Positions 46,846-57,168 of a DNA stretch of 64,000 bases are shown here, in pieces. How positions within the stretch are numbered: position 1 is the first letter of the stretch; every line of letters starts with the position of its first letter. The notes under the pieces are model-generated. The model did not search any database and was not told the origin of the DNA. It saw only the letters and a program-made list of their open reading frames with translations. This DNA comes from an uncultured Fibrobacter sp. Lineage in GTDB: Bacteria > Fibrobacterota > Fibrobacteria > Fibrobacterales > Fibrobacteraceae. The position numbers were made by a program, and so were the translations under genes. Where the stretch lies: the NCBI GenBank assembly GCA_964397425.1, contig CAYNID010000001.1, positions 205,085 through 269,084 of the forward strand, read 5' to 3'.

Positions 46846-49416
46846 ATGCCCCAAACACTTCAAGATTATTTGCCGAAAAAAGGAGAACGTCTTGATTCCG
46901 AAGACTTGCTCGGACGTTTTCTTTCGTGGGCGGACGACCGCCATGTGAATTTGTACGAAGCTCAGGAAAATGCCATTCTGGAATTGTTCGATGGAAAAAA
47001 CGTCATATTGAACACGCCGACTGGCAGTGGAAAGTCGATGGTCGCCTTGGCGATGCATTTCATGAGCCTGTCCCTGGGGCGCAAATCCGCTTACACTTGT
47101 CCCATCAAGGCGTTGGTCAATGAAAAATGGATGTCTCTTTGCAAAGAATTTGGCGCGGAAAATGTCGGGCTTTCGACGGGCGACGCGACGGTGAATGCGG
47201 ATGCTCCGATTCTTTGTTGTACGGCGGAAATTTTGGAAAATCGGGCTCTGGGAGAAGGCGCCGATTTGGACATGCAAGATGTCGTGATGGATGAATTCCA
47301 TTATTATTCGGACAGGGAACGCGGTGTCGCCTGGCAAGTGCCCCTGTTAACGCTTCCGCAAACGCGGTTCTTGTTGATGTCGGCGACGATTGGCAAAACG
47401 GATTTTTTTGAACGGGAACTTTCAAAGCTGAATGGAAAACCGAGTGTTACCGTTTCAAGTGCGATCCGCCCGGTTCCCTTGGATTTTAAATATTCGATGA
47501 ATGAAATTTCCACAACGGTGCAAGGCCTTGTCAACGAAGGGAAGGCGCCGGTTTACGTGGTGCATTTTACTCAAGGCTCCGCTGCGGAAAATGCGCAAAA
47601 TTTCATGAGTTTGAACCTCACGTCGAAAGAAGAAAAGGCAGAAATTGCGAAGGCGATAGGAAACTTCCGCTTTTCGAGCCCCTATGGGCCGGAATTCAAA
47701 CGCTTCTTGAAAGCGGGCATCGGTTTGCACCATGCCGGGCTTCTCCCCAAATACCGCATTTTGGTTGAAAAGCTTTCGCAGAAAGGATTGCTGAAAGTGA
47801 TTTGCGGAACGGATACGCTTGGCGTTGGAGTCAACGTTCCCATTCGGACGGTTTTGTTCACGCAACTTTGCAAATATTCCGGCGATAAAACGGCGATTTT
47901 GGCGGCCAGGGATTTCCATCAAATCGCCGGCAGGGCCGGGCGCAAAGGTTTCGATGATATCGGTTATGTTGTCGCCTGTGCGCCAGCGCACGTGATAGAA
48001 AATGCAAAATTGGCGGCGAAGTCCGCGCAAACGGGAAAAAAATTTGTCAAGCGCAAACCGCCGGAACGGGGATTTGTCCCTTGGGATGAAAGTACTTATA
48101 AACGTTTGATAGCGTCTCCACCCGAACCGTTGGTCTCCCGTTTTGAAGTTTCCCACGGAATGCTTGTCAATGTGCTGTCCCGCAAAACGGACGGCTGCTT
48201 TGCCATGCGAAAGCTCATTCGGGATTGTCATGAAAGCGCGAAGCGGAAAAAAGAATTGATGCATCGCGCGTTCCAACTCTTCCGCTCGTTGGTCGAAAAG
48301 AAAATTGTTGAATTCGTCGAAAATCCGCAGCCGGGAATGGCGCATGTCCGTGTGAATCTCGATTTGCAAAATGATTTTGCGATGAATGAACCGCTTTCCC
48401 TGTATCTTTTGGATACGTTGCCCATGTTGGATAGGGAAAGTCCGGAATTTGCCGTCGACGTTCTCTCCTTGGTGGAATCCATCGTTGAAAATCCGGAACC
48501 GATTTTGCGTGTGCAGCAGAAAAGAGCCCGTGACGCGCGGTATGCGGAACTCAAGGCGGAACACGCGGAATACAATAAAATCCAGGAAGAACTGGACAAA
48601 GTGGAATACCCGAAGCCTCTCCGCGATTTCATTTATACGACTTTCGATGAATTTGCGGATGCGCATCCGTGGGTGGGAAATTTGAATGTTGAACCCAAAT
48701 CCATTGTCCGCGAAATGATTGAAAACTTTGAAACGTTCAGTGGATATGTGAAAAAATATGGACTTTCCCGGATGGAAGCGGTCCTTTTGAGACATGTCAA
48801 TTACGTTTACAAGGTGCTGACCCAAACGGTTCCCGATACGATTAAAACAGATGAAATTCTTGAAATTCAAGAGTATCTGGGAGAAATGATTCGCCGGACG
48901 GATTCGAGCTTGTTGGAAGAATGGGAGCGTTTGAAGAATCCGGAATATGTGGCTAAAGAGGCTTCTCCGGAAAAAGCGTTCCACGCTGATGAAGCCGCCG
49001 CCGATGTGACCCTCGACCGCAAGAAATTTCTTTCCGCCGCCCGTTCGCGCATATTCCAATTTTTGGCGTTGCTTTGCCAGAACCGCTTGGGAGAGGCTTT
49101 GGATGTTTTGGCTGAAGATTTGCCGGAAGGGAAGCTCCTCGCCGACGCGAATGGAGAGCCTTGGACGGAAAAACGCCTGGACGAAATTTTCTCTGCTTAC
49201 CGCGAGGAACACGGGAATTTTAGATTGGATGTCGAAGGCCGTTCGGCAAAGCACACGGTTGCCGTCTGGAATGCGGAAAATTTGCAAATCCAGCAAGTTT
49301 TGCAAGACGACGAAGATTTAAACGATTGGGAAGTCGATTTTTCGATTCCATTGGCCGAATCAAGGGAGGCGGGAATGCCTCTTTTGCGCTTCGATAGGAT
49401 TGGTTGCGTTTTATAG
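46846..49416 (+). CDS. Ski2-like DEAD/DEAH-box helicase with DUF3516-type C-terminus
   Basis: [50 protein letters not shown]. Start placed at MPQTL. Confidence 0.92.
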   Translation: MPQTLQDYLPKKGERLDSEDLLGRFLSWADDRHVNLYEAQENAILELFDGKNVILNTPTGSGKSMVALAMHFMSLSLGRKSAYTCPIKALVNEKWMSLCKEFGAENVGLSTGDATVNADAPILCCTAEILENRALGEGADLDMQDVVMDEFHYYSDRERGVAWQVPLLTLPQTRFLLMSATIGKTDFFERELSKLNGKPSVTVSSAIRPVPLDFKYSMNEISTTVQGLVNEGKAPVYVVHFTQGSAAENAQNFMSLNLTSKEEKAEIAKAIGNFRFSSPYGPEFKRFLKAGIGLHHAGLLPKYRILVEKLSQKGLLKVICGTDTLGVGVNVPIRTVLFTQLCKYSGDKTAILAARDFHQIAGRAGRKGFDDIGYVVACAPAHVIENAKLAAKSAQTGKKFVKRKPPERGFVPWDESTYKRLIASPPEPLVSRFEVSHGMLVNVLSRKTDGCFAMRKLIRDCHESAKRKKELMHRAFQLFRSLVEKKIVEFVENPQPGMAHVRVNLDLQNDFAMNEPLSLYLLDTLPMLDRESPEFAVDVLSLVESIVENPEPILRVQQKRARDARYAELKAEHAEYNKIQEELDKVEYPKPLRDFIYTTFDEFADAHPWVGNLNVEPKSIVREMIENFETFSGYVKKYGLSRMEAVLLRHVNYVYKVLTQTVPDTIKTDEILEIQEYLGEMIRRTDSSLLEEWERLKNPEYVAKEASPEKAFHADEAAADVTLDRKKFLSAARSRIFQFLALLCQNRLGEALDVLAEDLPEGKLLADANGEPWTEKRLDEIFSAYREEHGNFRLDVEGRSAKHTVAVWNAENLQIQQVLQDDEDLNDWEVDFSIPLAESREAGMPLLRFDRIGCVL

Positions 49417-49507
49417 AAATACCCTTTTTACGGTGAACAAAAAAAATTAAATTGCTTACGTTCCTAGGACTGTGCTGTTTAGTCGGTCCTCAAACCTTGG
49501 ACACATT

Positions 49508-51103
49508 ATGACAAAAGCTAAATTCATCAAACTTCTGATTGCGGTAATTCTCGCAATTGCCGCTCTTTTTGTTCCCTATGAGGCTTTGGGCATTGACGGC
49601 CCGAACACTCTCAATCCGGTAGAAATCCGCGTCATCTCGATTTTTGTCATGGCGGCTTTATTCTGGATTTTGCAACCGTTCCCCATTTGGACAACGTCTG
49701 TCTTGGTCATTGTCCTCATGATTTTTACCGTATCGAATTCTGCACTGACTCCGTTCCGCGTCGAAGGCGTGGAAATGATCAAATACACGGATTTGATGAA
49801 CACTTGGGCAGACAAGACCATCATGCTCTTCTTGGGCGGGTTCTTCTTGGCGGCGGCTGCGACCAAATACAAGCTGGATTTGAATTTAGCCAGTGTCCTT
49901 TTGAAACCTTTTGGCCACAACCCGAAATTTGTATTGCTCGGCTTGATGCTCATTACTGCCGTTTTCTCCATGTTCATGAGCAATACGGCGACAGCGGCGA
50001 TGATGCTTGCCATTTTGACTCCGGTATTGAAACTGTTCGATGAAAAGGACCGTGGACGCGGCGCGTTTGCGCTTGCTGTTCCTATTGGCGCGAATATCGG
50101 CGGAATGGGAACTCCGATTGGAACCCCTCCGAATACAATCGCGTTGGGCGCGCTGAACGAAGCCGGTTACAACATCACGTTTGGACAATGGATGGCTTTT
50201 GGTGTTCCTTATGTGATTATCATGATGTTGGTGGCCTGGTTTGTCGTTTTGAAAATTTATCCGATTTCTGCAAAGCATATTGATTTGAAAATTGAAGGGG
50301 CGAATGGTTTTGACAAAAGTCCCCGCGCGATTATCGTCTACGTCACGTTCGCTTTGTGCGTTGCCATGTGGTTGATTGGAAAGAATGTTCACGGTGTAAA
50401 CGATTATGCGATTGCGATGATTCCCATTGCTGTTTTCGCCATCACGGGCGTTATCAACAAAAAGGATTTGAAAGAAATGAGCTGGGATGTTCTTTGGCTC
50501 GTCGCTGGAGGATTTGCGTTGGGTATCGGTTTGCAAAAAACGGGCCTTGCCGCGCATTTGATTGGTGCGATTCCGTTTGACACCTGGCCTGCGTTCCCGC
50601 TGTTGGTCGGCTGCGGTGTGATTTGCCTTTTCATGGCGAATTTCATGAGCCATTCGGCGACGGCTGCTTTGCTCGTTCCCATTTTGATTGTGGTCGGTGT
50701 CAACTGCGCAGACAATTTGGCGCCTCTTGGCGGAGTGACCGCGCTGCTCGTGGCCGTGGCGTTCGCCAGTTCGCTGGGAATGAGTATGCCGATTTCGACG
50801 CCACCGAACGCGCTTGCCCATGCGACGGGATACGTGGATACCAACGGGATGGCGAAGTCGGGAATTTTCCTGGGCATTTTTGGTCTTGCCTTGGTTTATG
50901 TGATGATGTTTGTCCTTGCGCAAATTCATTTCTTTGGCGATTCAAAGCCCGCTGTTCCGGCTGGGGAAGAAAAGGTTGCCTCGCAGCCGGTAGAAACGGT
51001 GGCTCCGGCGATTGACAGCGCTGCAGTTGCTGTGGATTCTTCTGCGGCGCTGACAGTCGTTGATTCAGCTGTCGCTCCGGTGGTGGATTCCGCGGCACAA
51101 TAA
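49508..51103 (+). CDS. SLC13/DASS-family sodium:anion symporter
   Basis: LFLGGF.LA, SMFMSNTAT, GG.GTPIGTPPN, FMSH.A, STPPNA. Low-complexity D-S-A tail. Confidence 0.92.
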   Translation: MTKAKFIKLLIAVILAIAALFVPYEALGIDGPNTLNPVEIRVISIFVMAALFWILQPFPIWTTSVLVIVLMIFTVSNSALTPFRVEGVEMIKYTDLMNTWADKTIMLFLGGFFLAAAATKYKLDLNLASVLLKPFGHNPKFVLLGLMLITAVFSMFMSNTATAAMMLAILTPVLKLFDEKDRGRGAFALAVPIGANIGGMGTPIGTPPNTIALGALNEAGYNITFGQWMAFGVPYVIIMMLVAWFVVLKIYPISAKHIDLKIEGANGFDKSPRAIIVYVTFALCVAMWLIGKNVHGVNDYAIAMIPIAVFAITGVINKKDLKEMSWDVLWLVAGGFALGIGLQKTGLAAHLIGAIPFDTWPAFPLLVGCGVICLFMANFMSHSATAALLVPILIVVGVNCADNLAPLGGVTALLVAVAFASSLGMSMPISTPPNALAHATGYVDTNGMAKSGIFLGIFGLALVYVMMFVLAQIHFFGDSKPAVPAGEEKVASQPVETVAPAIDSAAVAVDSSAALTVVDSAVAPVVDSAAQ

Positions 51104-51128
51104 ACGGATTCCGTTCTCCTGAAATTTG

Positions 51129-51160
51129 AATTGTCGGACTCGTTCCGACAATTTTTGTTT
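51129..51160 (+). terminator. Intrinsic terminator
   Basis: AATTGTCGGA-CTCGT-TCCGACAATT followed by TTTGTTT. Confidence 0.75.
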
Positions 51161-51211
51161 ATGGGGAATTTGGAAACGCGTTCTGAAAAATAAAGCTATC
51201 TTTTTTACGCT

Positions 51212-51868
51212 ATGTCAGAATTAGAAAATCCGTTGGCAGAAAAAAGAGGCCCGCGTTGGAAACGCAAAAAGGAAGATCGCCCGCAGGAAATATTGGATGC
51301 GGCTCTCGAACTTTTTGTGGAACAGGGATTCTCGGCGACAACAGTCAGTCAAATCGGCCGCAAGGCAGGTGTCACGCCGGGAACGCTTTATGTTTATTAC
51401 AAGAACAAAGAAGCGATTCTTCAAGAAGTGGTGATGAAAACGCTGAGCCCGATTTTCACGGAAAGTGACGCCATTTTGGAATCTTACCAGGGCAGCGCAG
51501 AAGGCCTTGTTGAAATATTGATAGACAAATGGTGGCAGGCTGTGGGCGGCGAAAGTAAAATTTCGGGCATTCCAAAGTTGGCTGTCGCCGAAGTTTCCAA
51601 CTTCCCGGAACTGGCGAATTTTTACGTGCAACGCATCCTGGATCCGGGAATTCGATACATTCAAAAAGTGTTGGAATACGGCGTTCAAAAGGGCGCGTTT
51701 CAAATATCCGACGTCAAATTCACCTCGTATCTGATTTTTTCCGTGTTTCACGGTGCCGTCATCGATGCGCATTCCTTTATGATTGCGCAAAAAAACGGCA
51801 TCCCTTTGACGCAATTCAAAAACCGGCTGTATCATTTGATTCTCCACGGAATTTTGAAAGCGGATTGA
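51212..51868 (+). CDS. TetR/AcrR-family transcriptional regulator
   Basis: ILDAA.ELF.EQGF..TT..I...AGV..GTLY.YY.NKE helix-turn-helix. Confidence 0.93.
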   Translation: MSELENPLAEKRGPRWKRKKEDRPQEILDAALELFVEQGFSATTVSQIGRKAGVTPGTLYVYYKNKEAILQEVVMKTLSPIFTESDAILESYQGSAEGLVEILIDKWWQAVGGESKISGIPKLAVAEVSNFPELANFYVQRILDPGIRYIQKVLEYGVQKGAFQISDVKFTSYLIFSVFHGAVIDAHSFMIAQKNGIPLTQFKNRLYHLILHGILKAD

Positions 51869-51874
51869 TTGGGA

Positions 51875-52981
51875 ATGATTCGGTCGCTTTTCCTTTCGTC
51901 TTTTCGAAATTTGCATGAGGGTCGTTGGGAATTTGGCGACGGCATTACGGTCGTTTGCGGTAAAAATGGAACGGGGAAAACTTCTTTATTGGAAGCCGTT
52001 CACCTGTTGAGCGAAGGATTTTCGTTCAGAACCCGTACACTTTCGGATTTGCTCGGATGGAATGCGGACGAAATGGTTGTCCGCGGTGAATTTGTCGCTT
52101 CTGCGGAATCGAAACGGCACTTTGAACACGCGCTGCTTTTGAACCGTTTTCGCGGAATGAGCGTAAAGAAAAATGGAGCGCCTTGTAAAAGTCCTGCCGC
52201 TTTTTTTGGCGAAATGCCCGCTGTGATAATGCAACCGGCGGATATCGACATGGTGCGGGGAGCTCCGGAAAATCGCCGCCGCTATTTAGACGAACTGCTG
52301 TGCTTTAAAAATTCCCGCAATGCGGATTTACTTCGCCGGTATCGACGGATTTTGGCGGAGCGGAATCAGTGGCTGCGCCAAAACAAAATGGGCAAGGCGA
52401 TTGGCGGAGAAGAATTGTATACGGTCCTTACGGGACAGCTGATGGATTTGGCGGCAAAAATTTGGATGGAACGGATTTCCTTGGTGCAGGAGATTTCTTT
52501 GGGAATTGCGCGTTATTATGAAATGCTCGCCGGGAAGGAAGACGAAATTTTTGTTTCTTATAAAAGTTCCGTTTTTGATTTTTCGCAAGAGATGGATTTT
52601 TCCGAAGAGAAATTGCGGCTTGCGTTTGCATACAAGTTGGACAGTTTGGATTTGACAGAACGGATGCAGGGAATGACCCTTGCCGGGCCGCATAAAGACG
52701 ATTTGATTTTGGCGTTGCACGGTCACGATATGCGGACTTCCGGTTCTCAGGGGCAATGCCGCAGCGCGGCTGTTGCGCTCCGATTTGTGGCGGCGGATTT
52801 GGCCGGAGAGCATCTGATGAAACCCATTTTGCTTTTGGACGACATTTTTGCAGAATTGGACAAAAATCGCCGGGCGGCAGTCGCTTCGGTTATCCGCGAA
52901 AAAAAATGCCAGGTTCTTGTCGCGACGCCGCGGGCAGAAGATTTGCCGTTCGAAGCAGATGCCAAATGGGAAATGCAGTGA
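51875..52981 (+). CDS. recF: DNA replication/repair protein RecF
   Basis: FRN, G.NG.GKT.LLEA, G.P..RR.YLD, GPHKDD, GSQGQ, LLLDDIF.ELD..R. Confidence 0.95.
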   Translation: MIRSLFLSSFRNLHEGRWEFGDGITVVCGKNGTGKTSLLEAVHLLSEGFSFRTRTLSDLLGWNADEMVVRGEFVASAESKRHFEHALLLNRFRGMSVKKNGAPCKSPAAFFGEMPAVIMQPADIDMVRGAPENRRRYLDELLCFKNSRNADLLRRYRRILAERNQWLRQNKMGKAIGGEELYTVLTGQLMDLAAKIWMERISLVQEISLGIARYYEMLAGKEDEIFVSYKSSVFDFSQEMDFSEEKLRLAFAYKLDSLDLTERMQGMTLAGPHKDDLILALHGHDMRTSGSQGQCRSAAVALRFVAADLAGEHLMKPILLLDDIFAELDKNRRAAVASVIREKKCQVLVATPRAEDLPFEADAKWEMQ

Positions 52982-52988
52982 GGTTGTA

Positions 52989-54230
52989 ATGGATTTGATT
53001 TCGTTTTTAAATGATTCCGTGACACCCTTTCATACGGTGGAAAATATAGCGCGGGAATTTTCCCAGAATGGATTTGAAGAACTGTTCGAAACGGATGTTT
53101 GGAACCTTCGCCGGGGAGCTTCTTATTTTGTAAAACGCGGCGCGGCCCTGTTTGCGTTCCGGATGCCGGATGTTTGGAATGCGGAATCGCGCTTTCGTCT
53201 GGCATCGGCCCATACGGATTTTCCTGCGTTGAAAATTTCTCCGAATCCGGATAAAATCTCGGCGGGGATTCATCTTCTGCACCCGGAAGTTTATGGTGGT
53301 GCCTTGGAAAATACGTGGTTTGACCGTGATTTGGGCATCGCCGGATTGGTGATGACATTGGATTCGGGAAAGTTGAAAAAGAATCTCGTAAAGATGAAGT
53401 CGCTTTGCCGCATTCCGGAACTGGCCATTCATTTGAATCGGGGCGTTAAAGAAAACGGTTTTTCTTTTAATTCGCAAAATCATTTGAACGTATGCTTTTC
53501 GGCAAGCGGGAAAACGTTCGGGCAAGTTCTCGAAGAAGAAGTTGGGAGTCGGGTTGTCGATTTTGAATTGCAGTTTTTTGACGCTCAGCCGGCGGCTTTC
53601 GGCGGGTTTTCCAAGGAGTGGATTTATTCCGGTCGTTTGGACAATTTGCTTTCTTGCCATGCGCTTGTCGAGGGCTTGCGGAAAGCAGCGGAATCGTCTT
53701 TGCATTTGTGCGGGGCGTTCTTTTTTGACGACGAAGAAATCGGTTCGGAAACCCGGAGTGGAGCCGCAGGAAGTTTTGCGTTTGCAATGCTTGAACGGAT
53801 TGTCGAATGTGAAAATGGAAGCCGGGGTGAGCTTTGGGGAAAACTTTCGGATTCTTTCCTGTTCTCATTGGATGTGGCACATGCGACGCATCCCGCTTAC
53901 GAAGAAAAAATGGAACCGAACCATGCGCCAGTTCTCGGCAAAGGCGTCGTGTTGAAAGTCAATGCGAAAAAACGTTATGCCAGCGAAGCGGTTTCGAACG
54001 CACTCTTTAAATGTTTGTGCGAAAAAGCGGAAATTCCAATGCAAACCTTTGTCTGCCGGAACGACATGCCTTGTGGCAGCACCGTAGGCCCGCATCTTTC
54101 CGCGTCTCTGGGAATTCCGACTGTTGATTTGGGCGAAGCGATTCTTTCCATGCACAGTATCCGTGAAATGGCGGCTGTGGAAAACCATGGCGAAATTTGT
54201 TCGCTGATGAAATCCTTTTACCAATCCTGA
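52989..54230 (+). CDS. M18 family aminopeptidase
   Basis: S.TPFH, HTD.P, EVYGG..TW.DRDL, RLDN, D.EEIGS, D.AH..HP, CGSTVGP, MHSIRE. Confidence 0.93.
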   Translation: MDLISFLNDSVTPFHTVENIAREFSQNGFEELFETDVWNLRRGASYFVKRGAALFAFRMPDVWNAESRFRLASAHTDFPALKISPNPDKISAGIHLLHPEVYGGALENTWFDRDLGIAGLVMTLDSGKLKKNLVKMKSLCRIPELAIHLNRGVKENGFSFNSQNHLNVCFSASGKTFGQVLEEEVGSRVVDFELQFFDAQPAAFGGFSKEWIYSGRLDNLLSCHALVEGLRKAAESSLHLCGAFFFDDEEIGSETRSGAAGSFAFAMLERIVECENGSRGELWGKLSDSFLFSLDVAHATHPAYEEKMEPNHAPVLGKGVVLKVNAKKRYASEAVSNALFKCLCEKAEIPMQTFVCRNDMPCGSTVGPHLSASLGIPTVDLGEAILSMHSIREMAAVENHGEICSLMKSFYQS

Positions 54231-54266
54231 AAGGAACGCAGAGAACGTCCGTTTGGACCTGGAAAG

Positions 54267-55181
54267 TCAGGTGCGGAGTTCGTCGGAATTGACGATTTGA
54301 TTTTTTCCATTTTCCTTTGCGTAATAAAGGCACTGATCGGCAACGGAAAGGATGGTTTCAATCGATGGAATTTCTTTTCCTTTAAAGCTGGAAATGCCTA
54401 AGGAAATGGTGACGGGAATGGGAGCGTCGTTGAATGAAAAACGGTAATTTTCTACGGCTTTCCGCAGGCGTTCCGCACTTTTGACTGCGTCGGATTTAGA
54501 CATGTCGGGCAGCAAAATGGCGAATTTTCCGCCATCATAACGGGCGAACAAATCACTTTCCCTTTTGTTGCGCGAAAAAATTTGGGCAATTCCCTTTAAT
54601 ATCAAGTCGCCTGCCTGTTTTCCCCAGGAATCGTTAATTTGTTTGAAATTGTCGATGTCGTAAAGAATGACGTGAACCGATTGATTCTTGCGCCGCGCTG
54701 CGGCGAGTTCGCCGATGGAACGGTCCATGAATGTTCGCCGATTGTGAATCTTTGTCAAAGAATCTGTGGTTGCCGCTTCAAAAAAATCCCGGTCGACGGT
54801 ATCATCGTCGGGAGTTTGAAACGCGATTTTTAAAACCATTTTGCCGATTTGTAAACGGTTGTCCGACAGGATCGTTCGCGGATGATTGGAAAGGGGAGAA
54901 CCGTCGACGAATGTTCCGTTTGTCGAATTCAAATCGCGGCAAGTGACTTTTTCCCCGTCCCACGAAATTTCGCAATGTTTCCGGGAGATCATTTCATCGT
55001 CTAGGCGAATGTCCGCTTCGGAGCCGCGACCGATTACATTTTTTCCGCGGATGAGGGGAATTTTTCGAAAAGATTGCCTTGGATAAAGTACAATCAAATG
55101 TGGGCGGAGCTCTGCTGTGGGCATGGGCTGCGTGTTCGCGGAAACGGTGAACGTGTTGTTTAAATTAGCGTTGAACGGCAT
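54267..55181 (-). CDS. FHA domain + degenerate GGDEF domain protein
   Basis: FHA motifs IGR, ISR.H, D.NSTNGT; GGDEF-region motifs D.LT...NR, DID.FK.IND..G..GD, RESD, ARYDGGKF. Confidence 0.9.
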   Translation of the reverse strand: MPFNANLNNTFTVSANTQPMPTAELRPHLIVLYPRQSFRKIPLIRGKNVIGRGSEADIRLDDEMISRKHCEISWDGEKVTCRDLNSTNGTFVDGSPLSNHPRTILSDNRLQIGKMVLKIAFQTPDDDTVDRDFFEAATTDSLTKIHNRRTFMDRSIGELAAARRKNQSVHVILYDIDNFKQINDSWGKQAGDLILKGIAQIFSRNKRESDLFARYDGGKFAILLPDMSKSDAVKSAERLRKAVENYRFSFNDAPIPVTISLGISSFKGKEIPSIETILSVADQCLYYAKENGKNQIVNSDELRT

Positions 55182-55274
55182 TTGCTTTCAAGATAGAATT
55201 TTCAGGCGGCGATTAAAATGGCTTCTTTTTTAAAAGGGCAAATGCGCCGAAAATTTTCTGCCGCGTTTTCGTTT

Positions 55275-55379
55275 CGCCGTAGAGCCGTGCAAACATCACC
55301 ACCGCAACAGAAAAGGTTTTCGTGCAAAACCCCACACAAAAAATTTCCTGTTCACTGCGCTAATTTCTAATTCCTAATT
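55275..55379 (-). repeat. Dispersed intergenic element copy 4
   Basis: Starts right after the FKBP gene TAA: AATTAGG AATTAGA AATTAGC..TGGGGTTTT..CCTTTTCTGTTGCGGTG (17 nt identical to copy 2). Confidence 0.8.
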
Positions 55380-55380
55380 A

Positions 55381-56532
55381 TTATTCGCGGCCCATGTATT
55401 CCACTACGAAAACAAGAGTCGCGTTGCCGGGAATCGGTCCGCCGCCCCGGTTTCCGTAGCCCAGTTCGGGAGGAATGACAAGAACGCGTTTTTCGCCGGG
55501 GAGCATTCCGACAACGCCGAGGTCCCAACCGCGAATCACGTTGCCTTTTCCTAATGGGAAGTTGAAAATTTGTCCGCGGTCACGGGAACTGTCGAATTTT
55601 TTCCCGTCGGATAAAAAGCCGGTGTAATGTACGCGAACGTTTTCGCCTTCTTGCGCCGCTTCGCCTTCGCCTTCGCGGAGAATGGCGTATTTCAAGCCTT
55701 CGGGACCGTCTTGCAGGGTGAGCGATTCCAAATCGGGGAAAAAGTCCATCGTCTCGGCCAAAGCTTCGTCCCGCTCCACGGAAAGAACTTCGACGCGGAA
55801 GATTAATGTGGAATTGGGCGGAATGGCGCTGTACGATTTGGCTCCATAGCCCATGGATGGGCTGATTTTCAGCCAGCGGACGGTTCCCGGTGTCACGTCA
55901 TCGAGACCGATTTCCCAACCGTTGATGAGGCGACCGCCTCCGAGGACCGTTTCCAACGGTTTGCCGTAATCTTTTGAACTCGAAAATTTTCGGCCCGAAG
56001 CTATCCAGCCCGTATAATGGACCTGTATCCGCGTTCCCTGTGTGGCTGCGTTTCCGGAGCCCGCTTTTTCATCCCAAGCCAGAACGCCGTTTTCAATTTT
56101 TTTCCATTTCGCTTTTTTGCTGTCGCCAAAAGAGTCCGGGGTGAGCGGAGGCTCTGCGGAGACAAGTTCCACTTCGAAGTAAAGGTCGGACCTTGCGGGA
56201 ATGGGACCGATTTCGCGGTCGCCGTAGCCCAGCTGGTAAGGAATGGAAAGCTTTCTGATTTCGCCGACTTTCATTCCCAGCAGTCCGCGTTCCCAACCGG
56301 CGATGACCTGTCCTGCGCCCAGTGAAAATTCAAGGGGCTCGCCCCGGTCGTAGGAGTTGTCGAACATCGTTTGCGCGGAGTCCGCCAAAAAGCTTTTGTA
56401 ATGGACGCGGATCAGCTGGCCGTTCTGAATGGGCTCGCCTTCGCCCTCTTTGACGGTGACGACTTCGTAGGGAATGGCGAAGAGGTAAATCGGAAGGAAC
56501 AAAAGAATTGTCAAAAATCTGTTTTTGGGCAT
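55381..56532 (-). CDS. Exported triple-domain FKBP-type peptidyl-prolyl isomerase
   Basis: Signal peptide plus three repeats of VHY....FD.S..G.VI.GW..G..G.YG..IP..L.F.VE. Confidence 0.93.
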   Translation of the reverse strand: MPKNRFLTILLFLPIYLFAIPYEVVTVKEGEGEPIQNGQLIRVHYKSFLADSAQTMFDNSYDRGEPLEFSLGAGQVIAGWERGLLGMKVGEIRKLSIPYQLGYGDREIGPIPARSDLYFEVELVSAEPPLTPDSFGDSKKAKWKKIENGVLAWDEKAGSGNAATQGTRIQVHYTGWIASGRKFSSSKDYGKPLETVLGGGRLINGWEIGLDDVTPGTVRWLKISPSMGYGAKSYSAIPPNSTLIFRVEVLSVERDEALAETMDFFPDLESLTLQDGPEGLKYAILREGEGEAAQEGENVRVHYTGFLSDGKKFDSSRDRGQIFNFPLGKGNVIRGWDLGVVGMLPGEKRVLVIPPELGYGNRGGGPIPGNATLVFVVEYMGRE

Positions 56533-56595
56533 GGGTACTCCTGCGCTGCAAATTAGAAAATGCTAGTTTTTTTGGACACAAGTAGGTGGAATAAC

Positions 56596-57168
56596 ATGGA
56601 TTTGACAATCATATTCATGCTGGTGGCCATCGTTCTGCTCTCGCTGGTCCTAGCCGGCCTGGGCGCGTATGTGGTCATCCACAATTCGGATGAAAAAGAA
56701 AAGGAATCGAACGCGCCCGTGATCGATGTTTCCGGACAATATGCGGTCGTCATCCGTCCGGCCCGGGAATCTATTGAAAAGGTGAAGCCCTCGCTAGAAG
56801 AAATCGCGGCGTGGCTTTCGACGACTGGAAAAAATGCGGAAGAACAGGGACATCTTGTTGAAATGTGGAAAAAAAGCATTGATGACGTGGTCCGCGTCAT
56901 TGATGAAGGTGACAAAAATGGAACTGTAACTTATCGGATAGTCATCGGTCCCAAGAGCCGTCCTTTTTGTAGTTTTATCGCGGACGACAATTACATCACC
57001 CGGGAACAGATTCGGAATCATGCGGAAATTTTACCGCCTTATGTTCTTGGATGCGATTGCCGTTTGGTGCCAAAACTTCCCTGGGAAAATCCGGGAAAGG
57101 AAGGCTGGAAGGCTTTGATTCCGGAAAATGGAGCTTATCGAGTTCCCGATTGGAGACACATTGCGTAA
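56596..57168 (+). CDS. Membrane-anchored hypothetical protein with MuF-like Cys motif
   Basis: N-terminal TM helix; C-terminal SRPFC...LPPYVLGCDCRLVP. Confidence 0.7.
   Translation: MDLTIIFMLVAIVLLSLVLAGLGAYVVIHNSDEKEKESNAPVIDVSGQYAVVIRPARESIEKVKPSLEEIAAWLSTTGKNAEEQGHLVEMWKKSIDDVVRVIDEGDKNGTVTYRIVIGPKSRPFCSFIADDNYITREQIRNHAEILPPYVLGCDCRLVPKLPWENPGKEGWKALIPENGAYRVPDWRHIA

Noticed and set aside
47455-49305. 616-aa antisense ORF (similarly 7245-8564, 31218-32135 and 49886-50929)
   Set aside because: These are shadow ORFs opposite well-supported genes and have no recognisable motifs.
51212-54230. tetR-recF-M18 peptidase as a functional system
   Set aside because: It looks like a mixed housekeeping operon; I found no operator or functional link.
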